Sequence record: PZ445489.1
Reading direction: 5' to 3' (one strand)
Length of the DNA: 64,000 bases
Origin: a phage
Positions 10,234-20,421 of the stretch are shown piece after piece. The notes beneath the pieces are model-generated. The model saw only the letters and a program-made list of their open reading frames with translations, did no database searches and was not told the DNA's origin. The first letter of the stretch is position 1. Every line of letters starts with the position of its first letter. Made by a program: the position numbers and the translations under genes.

Positions 10234-10602
10234 ATGACTAAACAACAATATTTAATACTTTGTGAATCAATGGGTATAGAGCCTGATCCTAAGGCCATGC
10301 CTGTTGAACTTGAAGACTTTCCCCCTATTGTAGCTACTAGTATGAATATTTATAACAGTCTAATTGACTGCTTCATACCAGGTGACTTTCCTATCTTTAT
10401 AGGTAAAGATAAGGCTGCTCTAGGTGTTTTATTTGATATTTATGGGATTACTGATCCTATAGAGAAAGAATTTGTTCTACACATTATCAATATATTTGAT
10501 GCTAAAGCTGTAGATGCTGCACGTAAACGTGCTGAGAAGCATAAACCGCAAAACGGAAGGATTCCTAACGTTAAGCCACATGCTAGATCTCGTGCACGGT
10601 AA
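10234..10602 (+). CDS. Putative tail assembly chaperone (possibly expressed as a frameshift extension of the upstream ORF)
   Basis: 122 aa; its reading frame is open back to 10147 and overlaps the end of the upstream chaperone ORF. Confidence 0.4.
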   Translation: MTKQQYLILCESMGIEPDPKAMPVELEDFPPIVATSMNIYNSLIDCFIPGDFPIFIGKDKAALGVLFDIYGITDPIEKEFVLHIINIFDAKAVDAARKRAEKHKPQNGRIPNVKPHARSRAR

Positions 10603-10637
10603 AAGTTTCCTCCAATGGGCGTTCCACGATGAGGCTT

Positions 10638-10668
10638 GGCTCTGGGTGATTTGCCCAGAGCCTTTTTT
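10638..10668 (+). terminator. Rho-independent terminator
   Basis: GGCTCTGGG-TGATTTG-CCCAGAGCC hairpin followed by TTTTTT. Confidence 0.75.
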
Positions 10669-10685
10669 ATTGGGAAAAATAAAAC

Positions 10686-13600
10686 ATGACTGATAAGCTA
10701 ATACGAGAATTACTAATAGACGTTAAACAGAAGGGGGCAACTCGTACTGCAAAGTCTATTGAAAACGTATCTGATGCGTTGGAAAATGCTGCTGCTGCTT
10801 CCGAACTGACAAATGAGCAGTTAGGTAAAATGCCCAGAACTCTTTATTCCATTGAGAGGGCAGCAGATAGAGCAGCGAAAAGTCTTACTAAAATGCAAGC
10901 TAGTAGGGGTATGGCTGGTATCACTAAATCCATTGATGGTATTGGTGATAAGCTAGACTACCTGGCTATCCAGCTTATTGAAGTAACAGATAAACTAGAA
11001 ATTGGATTCGATGGAGTTTCTAGATCTGTTAAAACAATGGGTAATGATGTTGCAGCTGCAACAGAAAAAGTCCAGGATAGATTATATGATACTAATAGAG
11101 CATTAGGTGGCACAGCTAGGGGTTTTAATGATACTGCTGGTGCCGCTGGTAGAGCTTCTAGAGCTATTGGTAATACTTCTGGTTCAGCACGTGGTGCAAC
11201 TCGTGATTTTGCGGCAATGGCTAAGATCGGTGGTAGTCTACCTATTATGTACGCAGCTCTTGCTTCCAACATCTTCGTTTTGCAATCAGCATTTGAACAA
11301 CTTAAACTAGGTGATCAGCTAAATCGTCTAGAAAAATTTGGTGTTATAGTAGGTACTCAGACAGGTACTCCTGTTCAGTCCCTTGCTAGATCACTACAAG
11401 AGGCAGCTGGCTATGCAATCTCTTTTGAAGAAGCTATGAGGCAAGCATCCTCAGCGTCCGCTTATGGATTTGACGCCGAACAACTTAATAAATTTGGTTT
11501 AGTAGCTCGTCGTGCTGCTGCTGTTCTTGGCGTTGATATGACTGATGCACTTAACCGTGTAATTAAGGGTGTATCTAAACAAGAAATCGAACTTCTGGAT
11601 GAACTTGGTGTTACTATTCGTCTTAATGATGCTTATGCTGATTACGTTAAGCAGTTAAATGCTGCAAACACAGGTATAACATATAATATTAACAGCCTTA
11701 CTACTTTCCAGAAACAGCAGGCGTATGCTAATGCTGTTATAGCAGAGTCTACTAAACGTTTTGGCTACTTAGATGAAGTTTTACGTGCTACTCCGTGGGA
11801 GCAATTTGCCGCTAATGCTGATGCCGCACTGAGAAAGATTCAGCAGGCTGCTGCTAAATACTTAGGGCCCGTAATTGATGCTATCAACACAGTATTTTAT
11901 ACTTCTCAGGCTTCTGTATCTGCTGAAGCAGCTAGAGCTCAAGAAAAAACTAATAGACAGATAGATCCTACCAACGTTGGTGCTGTTGCTTTAAGTTTAG
12001 CCGCTTCTGAAGAAGGGTATAATAAAGCTCTAGATATGTATAAGGAATCTCTTGATAAGCGTAATAAGCTAAAATCTGAGTTCGATAAACGAATGGAACA
12101 AGCAGATTTCTATACAAAATTAGCTATACGTCAAGTTGGTGAAGGTATTCCTGTTGGTCTTGCGGCAGCAGGTGCTTCGGAGGCCAATAAGCAATTTGTA
12201 GCAGAAACTGCAGCTATGGGTCTACAAGTAACTAGACTTGGTAAGGAAGTAGAGGATTCTACAGAGAATCTCAATGCTTGGAAATCAGCGTATCAAGCTG
12301 CTGGGGCCGCTGCTGCAAAGGCTAGTCCAGAGTTTCAGAAGCAAATTAATCTACAGAGAGATACTACTGATCCTGATGCTGTATACGATTTTAACTCTAC
12401 TGTATTAAAAGGACTAACTGAGCAGCAGAAAGCGTACAATCAGACTAAGAAAACGGCTAGTGACTTAGCTAATGACATACAGAACGTTGCTCAGAATACA
12501 GATACTGCTGCTAAAACTAGTGCTACTTTAGCAGATGCTATAAAAAACATAGAATCTCTATCTCTAGGTACTGGTAAGAGTGCTGATGAATATGTTAAAA
12601 ACCTTAATCTGGGTTATAACACCCTGTCTGAAATGAAAACTGCATCTCAGGCTCTATCTGAGTATGTTAAACTAACTGGTAATGAAACTAAAAATCAGTT
12701 AGCAGTTCAACAGAAGATAGCTGATGTATACAATCAAACTAAGGATAAGGAAAAGGCTCAGGAAGCTGGTAGACGTTTAGAGTTGCAACAGTTAGAAGAG
12801 CAAGAAGCTGCTTTACGCCGTGTTCTTCAAACAAACCAGGGGAATAAAGCTGTTGAGAAAGAAATTGAAAAAATTCAGCTGGAGAAACTTAAACTTACCA
12901 ATCAGGGTATGGAAGCTCAGAAGAAGATCAAGGATTACACAGATAAAATTCTTGGTGTAGATCGTGAGATAGCTCTTCTGAATGACCGTACTATGACTAC
13001 TACTCAATATAGATTAGCTCAGCTAAAACTAGAACTAACTGTAGAGAAAGAGAAGTACGAATGGTATACAAAACAAGCGGACAAACAGAAAGAGGCGGAA
13101 CAGTCTAGACGTGCTCAAGCACAAATAAGCAGGGAACTATGGGAAACGGAGAAGCAGGCAACTGCCTCACATGTATCAGCTCTCATGGATGCACTAGAAG
13201 TCAGCCAAACACAAAGAAATGTTACTGGCCAAGCTCAGATTCTTACGGAAAGATTATCTGTTTTGCAAGAACAGCTAGAACTATCTAAGGGCAATACCGA
13301 AGAAGAGATCAAGTATCGTAATGAGATCTATAAAACTGCTGCTGCTCTAGAGCAACTTAGAAAGCAAAGAGAAGGCCAAATGCAGCAACAGGTAGGATCT
13401 TCTGTGGGTGCTGTGTACACTCCTACAACTGGACTATCTGGGGAAGACAAAGATTTTGCAGATATGCAAAATAGAATGGCTTCTTATGATCAGGCAATCT
13501 CTAAGCTATCTGAATTAAATTCTGAAGCAACCGCTGTGGCTCAAAGTATGGGTAACTTAACTAACGCTATGATCCAGTTCTCTCAGGGATCCCTAGATAC

Positions 13601-14366
13601 TACCTCCTTGATTGCTTCTGGCATGCAAACTGTATCTTCTATGATTCAGTATAGTACTAGTCAACAGGTTAGTGCTATTGATGCAGCTATCGCAGCGGAG
13701 CAGAAACGTGATGGTAAATCAGAAGCATCTAAAGCTAAATTGAAGAAGCTAGAAGCTGAAAAGCTGAAGATTCAACAAGATGCAGCTAAGAAGCAGATTA
13801 TCATCCAAACTGCAGTAGCAGTTATGCAGGCAGCAACAGCTGTACCATACCCGTTCTCTATCCCTCTGATGGTAGCGGCAGGTTTGGCAGGTGCATTAGC
13901 TCTTGCTCAGGCATCCTCTGCATCTAGTATGTCAAGTATTGCGGATTCTGGGGCGGATACAACTAGTTACTTAACCTTAGGAGAGCGTCAGAAGAATATA
14001 GATGTGTCCATGTCTGCTAATGCAGGTGAACTATCTTATATTCGTGGCGATCAAGGTATAGGTAGTGCCAACTCTTTCGTTCCTCGTGCTGAGGGTGGTA
14101 ATATGTATCCAGGGGTTAGCTATCAAATGGGTGAGCATGGTACAGAAGTAGTTACCCCTATGGTTCCTATGAAAGCTACACCTAATGATGAGCTAAAAAC
14201 CTCGTCTAACTCAACTTCAGGAAGACCTATCATCCTGAATATTAGTGCTATGGATGCTGCAAGTTTTAGAGAGTTTGCCTCTAGTAATAGTGGTGCTCTG
14301 AGAGACGCAGTAGAATTAGCTCTGAATGAGAACGGTGCTAGTCTGAAAACATTAGGAAATTCTTAA
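10686..14366 (+). CDS. Tail tape measure protein (pb2-like)
   Basis: 1226 aa, long coiled-coil-rich Ala/Gln/Lys sequence with hydrophobic segment near C-terminus; between chaperones and distal tail protein. Confidence 0.9.
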   Translation: MTDKLIRELLIDVKQKGATRTAKSIENVSDALENAAAASELTNEQLGKMPRTLYSIERAADRAAKSLTKMQASRGMAGITKSIDGIGDKLDYLAIQLIEVTDKLEIGFDGVSRSVKTMGNDVAAATEKVQDRLYDTNRALGGTARGFNDTAGAAGRASRAIGNTSGSARGATRDFAAMAKIGGSLPIMYAALASNIFVLQSAFEQLKLGDQLNRLEKFGVIVGTQTGTPVQSLARSLQEAAGYAISFEEAMRQASSASAYGFDAEQLNKFGLVARRAAAVLGVDMTDALNRVIKGVSKQEIELLDELGVTIRLNDAYADYVKQLNAANTGITYNINSLTTFQKQQAYANAVIAESTKRFGYLDEVLRATPWEQFAANADAALRKIQQAAAKYLGPVIDAINTVFYTSQASVSAEAARAQEKTNRQIDPTNVGAVALSLAASEEGYNKALDMYKESLDKRNKLKSEFDKRMEQADFYTKLAIRQVGEGIPVGLAAAGASEANKQFVAETAAMGLQVTRLGKEVEDSTENLNAWKSAYQAAGAAAAKASPEFQKQINLQRDTTDPDAVYDFNSTVLKGLTEQQKAYNQTKKTASDLANDIQNVAQNTDTAAKTSATLADAIKNIESLSLGTGKSADEYVKNLNLGYNTLSEMKTASQALSEYVKLTGNETKNQLAVQQKIADVYNQTKDKEKAQEAGRRLELQQLEEQEAALRRVLQTNQGNKAVEKEIEKIQLEKLKLTNQGMEAQKKIKDYTDKILGVDREIALLNDRTMTTTQYRLAQLKLELTVEKEKYEWYTKQADKQKEAEQSRRAQAQISRELWETEKQATASHVSALMDALEVSQTQRNVTGQAQILTERLSVLQEQLELSKGNTEEEIKYRNEIYKTAAALEQLRKQREGQMQQQVGSSVGAVYTPTTGLSGEDKDFADMQNRMASYDQAISKLSELNSEATAVAQSMGNLTNAMIQFSQGSLDTTSLIASGMQTVSSMIQYSTSQQVSAIDAAIAAEQKRDGKSEASKAKLKKLEAEKLKIQQDAAKKQIIIQTAVAVMQAATAVPYPFSIPLMVAAGLAGALALAQASSASSMSSIADSGADTTSYLTLGERQKNIDVSMSANAGELSYIRGDQGIGSANSFVPRAEGGNMYPGVSYQMGEHGTEVVTPMVPMKATPNDELKTSSNSTSGRPIILNISAMDAASFREFASSNSGALRDAVELALNENGASLKTLGNS

Positions 14367-14373
14367 AACTGGA

Positions 14374-14400
14374 GGAGGACTTTGAGTCCTCCTTTTCTTT
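14374..14400 (+). terminator. Rho-independent terminator after tape measure gene
   Basis: GGAGGAC-TTTGA-GTCCTCC hairpin followed by TTTTCTTT. Confidence 0.75.
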
Positions 14401-14419
14401 ATGGAAAAATAAAAATTTC

Positions 14420-14448
14420 TTGATAAAATTTTCTAATACTATTATAAT
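14420..14448 (+). promoter_or_regulatory. Sigma70-type promoter upstream of distal tail gene
   Basis: TTGATA-17 nt-TATAAT, followed by AGGAG RBS and ATG at 14476. Confidence 0.5.
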
Positions 14449-14475
14449 ATTGTTATTAAAGAGGAGAAATTAACT

Positions 14476-15090
14476 ATGAGATTACCAGACCCATACACGA
14501 ATCCAGAACTTTCAGGCTTAGGATTCGAAAGTGTTAACCTGATTGATAATGACCCAGTAATTCGTGATGAGTTACCTAATGGTAAAGTTAACGAAGTTAA
14601 GGTATCCGCTCAGTACTGGGGTATAAACATTTCTTACCCAGAATTGTTTCCTGATGAATTCAGTGTTCTAGATTCCTTTATTCTAGAGTATAAGAGGACA
14701 GGAGGCTACATTGATGTTATACTACCTCAGTATGAGGCTTTTAGGGTTAGGGGTAATACTAACTTAGTAAATATACCTGCTGGACAGAAAGGTTCCAATA
14801 TTACTATGGATACAAAAGGTGTTCTTACCGGTATTCCTAAACCAGGTGATTTATTTAAGTTATCCAATCACCCAAAAGTTTATAAAATAACATCATTTAA
14901 TAGATCTGGTAATTCATGGTCTATTAACGTATATCCTGATTTATTTGTAACTACTACTGGAGCTGAAAAACCAGTATTTAATGGGATACTATTTAGAACA
15001 AAACTCATGAATGGTGATGCTTTCGGATCTACATTAAATAATAACGGAACATATTCCGGCATCTCATTAAATTTACGGGAAAGTTTATGA
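14476..15090 (+). CDS. Distal tail protein (Dit, pb9-like)
   Basis: 204 aa directly after tape measure; strong RBS AAAGAGGAGAAA. Confidence 0.75.
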   Translation: MRLPDPYTNPELSGLGFESVNLIDNDPVIRDELPNGKVNEVKVSAQYWGINISYPELFPDEFSVLDSFILEYKRTGGYIDVILPQYEAFRVRGNTNLVNIPAGQKGSNITMDTKGVLTGIPKPGDLFKLSNHPKVYKITSFNRSGNSWSINVYPDLFVTTTGAEKPVFNGILFRTKLMNGDAFGSTLNNNGTYSGISLNLRESL

Positions 15091-17936
15091 AAAAAATACT
15101 AGATAGTGCTAGAAACTACTTAAAAAATAATAGCAGAATAAAAACTGCTAGTCTAATTTCTCTAGAGTTACCTGGCTCTACTGGTACTAGTACTGCTTTT
15201 ATTTATTTAACTGATTATTTTAGGGATGTACTATATAATGGCATCCTATACCAGGCGGGTAAAGTTAAGTCTATTAGCACACACAAACAAAATAGAGATT
15301 TATCTATTGGTAGTCTATCTTTTACTATTACTGGTACAGCACAGGATGAAGTACTAAAACTAGTGCAAAATGGTGTATCCTTCTTAGATAGAACCGTATC
15401 AATTCATCAAGCAATTATTACCGAAGATGGTTCTATTCTACCAGTAGACCCAGATACAAATGGTCCTCTACTATACTTTAGGGGGAGGATTACTGGAGGG
15501 GGCATTAAAGATAACATTAGTACCTCTGGAGTAGGAACCTCTACAATTACCTGGAATTGTTCTAACCAATTCTATGACTTTGATAGAGTTAATGGTAGAT
15601 ATACTGATGACGCCTCCCATAGGGGACTTGAAGTTGTAGCTGGACAGTTAGTACCATCTAATGGTGCTAAAAGACCTGAGTACCAAGAAGACTATGGGTT
15701 CTTTCATTCTAATAAGAGTATATCTATACTAGCAAAGTACCAAGTACAGGAAGAAAGGTATAAGCTAAAATCAAAGAAAAAACTATTTGGCTTATCTAGA
15801 AGCTACAGCCTTAAAAAATACTATGAAACTGTCACTAAGGAAGTAGATATAGATTTTAACCTTGCTGCTAAATATATCCCAGTAGTTTATGGCGTACAGA
15901 AAATACCAGGAATACCAATTTTTGCTGATACAGAACTACACAATCCCAACATAGTTTATGTCGTATACGCCTTTGCTGAGGGGGAGATTGATGGTTTTCT
16001 TGATTTCTCTTTTGGTGATAACCCTATGATCTGCGTAGATGCTAATGATAGCTCCGCTAGAACCTGCTTTGGTACTAAAAAAGTGGCTGGGGACACCATG
16101 CAAAGAATAGCGTCAGGAACACCTTCTAGTAGTCCTTCCGTGCATGGGCAGGAGTATAAGTATAATGATGGTAATGGTGACATAAGAATTTGGACGTATC
16201 ATGGAAAATCTGATCAAACGGCTTCTGAAGTACTAGTAGATATAGCTAAAGAACGTGGGTTCTACCTTCAGAATATGAATGGCAATGGACCGGAGTACTG
16301 GGATGCTAGGTATAAACTATTAGATACTGCATACGCAGTGGTGCGCTTCACTATTAATGAAAATAGGACTGAGATTCCTGAAGTTAGTGCTGAAATTCAA
16401 GGTAAAAAAGTAAAAGTCTATCATTCTGATGGTAGAGTAACTGCTAATAGTACTAGTTTAAATGGTATTTGGCAAACACTTGATTACTTAACCTCTGATA
16501 GATACGGTGCTAATATTACCATTGATCAGTTCCCCCTTCAGCAATTAATACAGGAAGCAGCTATTTTAGATATTATAGATGAATCCTATCAGGTATCTTG
16601 GCAGCCATATTGGAGATACGTTGGGTGGACTGATCCACTAGCAGAAAATAGACAAATAGTACAAATGAATACTATTCTGGATACATCTGAATCAGTATTT
16701 AAAAATGTGCAAGGTTTATTAGAGTCCTACGGTGGGGCTATTAACAACTTATCTGGCCAGTACAGGGTTACTGTAGAAAAATACTCTAATACTCCATTAG
16801 AGATTAATTTTCTAGATACTTATGGTGATTTGGAGCTATCAGATACTACTGGTAGAAATAAATTCAACTCAGTTCAAGCATCTATCGTAGACCCAGCCCT
16901 TAGCTGGAAAACTAATTCCATTACATTCTATAACTCCAAGTATAAGGAACAGGACAAGAACCTGGATAAAAAATTACAACTATCTTTTGCTAATATTACT
17001 AATTACTATACTGCAAGAAGTTTTGCGGATAGAGAACTTAAGAAATCCAGATACTCAAGAACACTTTCTTTCTCATTGCCATATCAATTCATTGGTATTG
17101 AGCCTAATGATGCTATTGCATTCACATATGATCGTTATGGATGGGACAAAAAGTATTTCCTAGTTGATGAGGTTGAAAACTCTAGAGAGGGTAAGATAAA
17201 TGTTACTCTACAGGAGTATGGAGAAGATGTATTCATCAACTCTGAGCAGGTTGATAATAGCGGTAATGATATACCAGATATTAGTAACAATGTTCTTCCT
17301 CCTAGAGATTTTAAGTATACTCCTACACCCGGTGGCTTAGTTGGTTCTATAGGTAAAAATGGTGAGTTATCCTGGCTTCCGAGTCTAACCAATAATGTAG
17401 TTTATTACTCTATCGTGCATTCCGGTCATGCTGAACCTTATATTGTGCAGCAACTAGAAACAAACCCCAATGAACGCATAATCCAAGAGATAATTGGAGA
17501 GCCTGCAGGTTTAGCAATATTTGAAATAAGGGCTGTGGATATAAACGGTAGAAGAAGTTCTCCAGTAACATTATCTATAGAACTTAACTCTGCTAAAAAC
17601 CTAAGCGTAGTATCTAATTTTAGAGTAACTAATACTGCCTCTGGAGATGTAACTGAGTTTGTTGGCCCAGATGTGAAACTAGCCTGGGATAGAATACCTG
17701 AAGAAGATATAATAGAGAGTATATTTTATACCCTTGAAATACACGATTCGCAAAATAGGATGTTAAGAAGTGTACGTATTGAAAATCAGTATACTTATGA
17801 CTATTTATTAACGTATAATAAGGCAGATTTTGCTCTCCAGAACAGCGGTGCTCTAGGTATAAATAGAAAATTGTATTTTCGTATTAGAGCTGAAGGGGAT
17901 GATGGAGAACAGTCTGTGGAGTGGGCATCCATTTAA
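15087..17936 (+). CDS. Baseplate hub / tail-associated lysin-like protein (pb3-like)
   Basis: 949 aa following Dit, overlapping stop/start; canonical Dit-hub order. Confidence 0.75.
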   Translation: MKKILDSARNYLKNNSRIKTASLISLELPGSTGTSTAFIYLTDYFRDVLYNGILYQAGKVKSISTHKQNRDLSIGSLSFTITGTAQDEVLKLVQNGVSFLDRTVSIHQAIITEDGSILPVDPDTNGPLLYFRGRITGGGIKDNISTSGVGTSTITWNCSNQFYDFDRVNGRYTDDASHRGLEVVAGQLVPSNGAKRPEYQEDYGFFHSNKSISILAKYQVQEERYKLKSKKKLFGLSRSYSLKKYYETVTKEVDIDFNLAAKYIPVVYGVQKIPGIPIFADTELHNPNIVYVVYAFAEGEIDGFLDFSFGDNPMICVDANDSSARTCFGTKKVAGDTMQRIASGTPSSSPSVHGQEYKYNDGNGDIRIWTYHGKSDQTASEVLVDIAKERGFYLQNMNGNGPEYWDARYKLLDTAYAVVRFTINENRTEIPEVSAEIQGKKVKVYHSDGRVTANSTSLNGIWQTLDYLTSDRYGANITIDQFPLQQLIQEAAILDIIDESYQVSWQPYWRYVGWTDPLAENRQIVQMNTILDTSESVFKNVQGLLESYGGAINNLSGQYRVTVEKYSNTPLEINFLDTYGDLELSDTTGRNKFNSVQASIVDPALSWKTNSITFYNSKYKEQDKNLDKKLQLSFANITNYYTARSFADRELKKSRYSRTLSFSLPYQFIGIEPNDAIAFTYDRYGWDKKYFLVDEVENSREGKINVTLQEYGEDVFINSEQVDNSGNDIPDISNNVLPPRDFKYTPTPGGLVGSIGKNGELSWLPSLTNNVVYYSIVHSGHAEPYIVQQLETNPNERIIQEIIGEPAGLAIFEIRAVDINGRRSSPVTLSIELNSAKNLSVVSNFRVTNTASGDVTEFVGPDVKLAWDRIPEEDIIESIFYTLEIHDSQNRMLRSVRIENQYTYDYLLTYNKADFALQNSGALGINRKLYFRIRAEGDDGEQSVEWASI

Positions 17937-19993
17937 TGATTTCGAATAATGCACCAGCCAAAATGGTCTTAAATAGTATAATGACTGGATATACAATGGC
18001 GTATGTCCAGCACTCTATATATACTGATTATGACGTTATTGGTAGATCTTTTTGGTTAAAGATGGGAGAAAGTATAGATAGACGTGATTATACCGGTATA
18101 GATACTTTCTTCGTAATGATTAATAATCTAACCCCTTCAACCTCTTACGAGATTCAAGGGGCTTTCTACGACTCTATTATTGATTCTGAACTGCTAGAGG
18201 CTAAGATTGGTATCAATCTCTCTAATGAGACTAACTTTAGGACAAAGGAAAAGCCAATAATTACTGCAGCAAGATCTGAATCAGAACCCGTTGACGTTGG
18301 TGTTGGTGCTCCAATAGTTGTTGTAGAGACTGCTGGTGAAGCTAGTTACTGCACTATTGAATTAAAAAGTACTGCATCAGAAGATAGTGAATGGGTTAAA
18401 TATTATATAGGCGCACTGGGACCTACTATCAAATTTGGTGGTGTTCCTGTTGGCGACTATAAGATCAGAATATCTGGTCAAGTTACGATGCCAGATGGTG
18501 TTACAGTTGACTCATCTGGTTATTATGAATATCCTAGCGTTTTCACTGTAGCTTATAATTTTGTACCACCTACTGCACCTACTAACATTGCCTTTAAAGC
18601 TGCACGAATTGCAGATGGTAAGGAACGATATGATGTCAGAATAGAGTGGGACTGGGAACGTGGTGCGGGTGCTAATGTCCGTGAATTTCTGGTTACTTAT
18701 ATAAACTCTGAAGAATACGCTAAGACTGGCTGGGCTAAAGCTCAAAAGATAAACGTTGGGGCTGCTAGAGCTGCAACGATTATATCATTCCCATGGAAAG
18801 TTGAACATATTTTTAAGGTATCATCAATTGCCTGGGGACCAAATAAGCAAGATATAACAGAATCACCTCCTGTAACATTTATATTGAATGAAGATACTCC
18901 CCTAGACAACAGCTTTGTCAATGAGACGGGTATTGATGTTAATTATGCCTTTATTAAGGGCAGCATGAAAGATGGAGAAATCTGGAGACAGACATTCTTA
19001 ATCGACGCAGCTACTGGTGCTATTAACATTGGTCTGCTAGATGAAGAAGGAAAAGCACCTATTTCTTTTGACCCTATAAACCGTGTTGTTAACGTTGATG
19101 GTAAAGTAATTACTAGAGATATCAATGCTGCTAACTTTATCATGACTAACTTATCTGGTAAAGATAATCCAGCAATCTACACACAAGGTAAATCCTGGGG
19201 GGATAATAACTCTGGTATTTGGATGGGTATGGATAATACTTCAGCCAAAGCTAAGTTAGACATTGGTAATGCTACACAATGGATTCGTTATGATGGTGAT
19301 ACTCTTCGTATATCTAGTGGGGTTGTTATTGGAACCCCTAATGGTGACGTAGATATTGGTACTGGGATGCAGGGTAAACAAACAGTATTTGTTTATAAGT
19401 TAGCAACATCTCTACCTGCTAAACCACTAGAACAAGATTATCCTCCTCCTGGTTGGTCAAAAACTCCACCTAACCGTACAGATATGACACAAAATATCTA
19501 TGCGACTACAGGTACGCTTGATCCGGTTACTAACAAACTTCTTGAAGGTACTAGCTGGTCTGATGTAGTTCAGTGGAGTGGTACTGAAGGTACTATAGGA
19601 CATGATGGACAACGTGGTCCTGGAATGTACTCCTTAGGTATTCCTGGTCTTGGGGGCTGGGATGATGGACAAGCTAATGCCTTCTTCCAGAATAACTTTG
19701 GTAGTCCTCCTGTTAGATATGATGTATTAACCGAATTTAATAGTAATGCTCCACAATCAGCATTTACCAGACAATGGAATGGATCTGGGTGGGTTAACCC
19801 TGCAATGGTTCTTCATGGGAACATGATTGTTAATGGAACAGTGACGGCAGATAAAATTGTAGCAGGAAATGCTTTCTTGTCTCAAATTGGTGTTAATATC
19901 ATTTATGATAGAAATGCTGCGTTATCCGGGAATCCTGAGGCATACTACAAGATGAAGATAGACCTAAATAGTGGGTATATCCATATAAGGTAA
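17936..19993 (+). CDS. Tail tip / central fibre protein (pb4-like)
   Basis: ATG overlaps hub stop (TAATG); track start 17921 is a GTG 15 nt upstream. Confidence 0.65.
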   Translation: MISNNAPAKMVLNSIMTGYTMAYVQHSIYTDYDVIGRSFWLKMGESIDRRDYTGIDTFFVMINNLTPSTSYEIQGAFYDSIIDSELLEAKIGINLSNETNFRTKEKPIITAARSESEPVDVGVGAPIVVVETAGEASYCTIELKSTASEDSEWVKYYIGALGPTIKFGGVPVGDYKIRISGQVTMPDGVTVDSSGYYEYPSVFTVAYNFVPPTAPTNIAFKAARIADGKERYDVRIEWDWERGAGANVREFLVTYINSEEYAKTGWAKAQKINVGAARAATIISFPWKVEHIFKVSSIAWGPNKQDITESPPVTFILNEDTPLDNSFVNETGIDVNYAFIKGSMKDGEIWRQTFLIDAATGAINIGLLDEEGKAPISFDPINRVVNVDGKVITRDINAANFIMTNLSGKDNPAIYTQGKSWGDNNSGIWMGMDNTSAKAKLDIGNATQWIRYDGDTLRISSGVVIGTPNGDVDIGTGMQGKQTVFVYKLATSLPAKPLEQDYPPPGWSKTPPNRTDMTQNIYATTGTLDPVTNKLLEGTSWSDVVQWSGTEGTIGHDGQRGPGMYSLGIPGLGGWDDGQANAFFQNNFGSPPVRYDVLTEFNSNAPQSAFTRQWNGSGWVNPAMVLHGNMIVNGTVTADKIVAGNAFLSQIGVNIIYDRNAALSGNPEAYYKMKIDLNSGYIHIR

Positions 19994-19998
19994 GTATA

Positions 19999-20421
19999 AT
20001 GAGTACTGAAAATAGAGTTATAGACTTAGTAATAGACGAAAATGTACCATATGGTTTAATGATGCAGTTTTTAGACGTTGATGATAGTACTTATCCGCCT
20101 ACAGATACTCCAGTTAACTTAACTGGATATTCTCTAAGAGGTACTGTAAAAAATAGTCTAGATGAGAATGCGGAGATATTAGCATCTTTTACTACTAAAA
20201 TTATTGATGCTGCTCAAGGGGCTGTAGCTATAAGTTTGCCAGTAGAATCTGTGGAAAATATAGGAGCTAGAGCATCTAAAGATAGAGATAAATATAACCC
20301 TCGTCAGCGATTCGCAGGATACTATGATATAATTATGACTAGAGATGTTATAGGATCTGCAATTAGCTCCTTTCGTATAATGGAGGGTAAAGTATTTATC
20401 AGTGATGGGGTAACTAAATAA
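19999..20421 (+). CDS. Collar protein (p132-like)
   Basis: 140 aa ORF between pb4-like gene and tail fibre gene. Confidence 0.55.
   Translation: MSTENRVIDLVIDENVPYGLMMQFLDVDDSTYPPTDTPVNLTGYSLRGTVKNSLDENAEILASFTTKIIDAAQGAVAISLPVESVENIGARASKDRDKYNPRQRFAGYYDIIMTRDVIGSAISSFRIMEGKVFISDGVTK

Noticed and set aside
14440-14478. Exact match of the pb9-like gene RBS region (ATTAAAGAGGAGAAATTAACTATGAGA) to a commonly used expression-vector RBS, raising a vector-contamination concern
   Set aside because: The surrounding 64 kb is a coherent phage genome with intact flanking genes. The match is more simply explained by the vector element deriving from, or resembling, a T5-type sequence.
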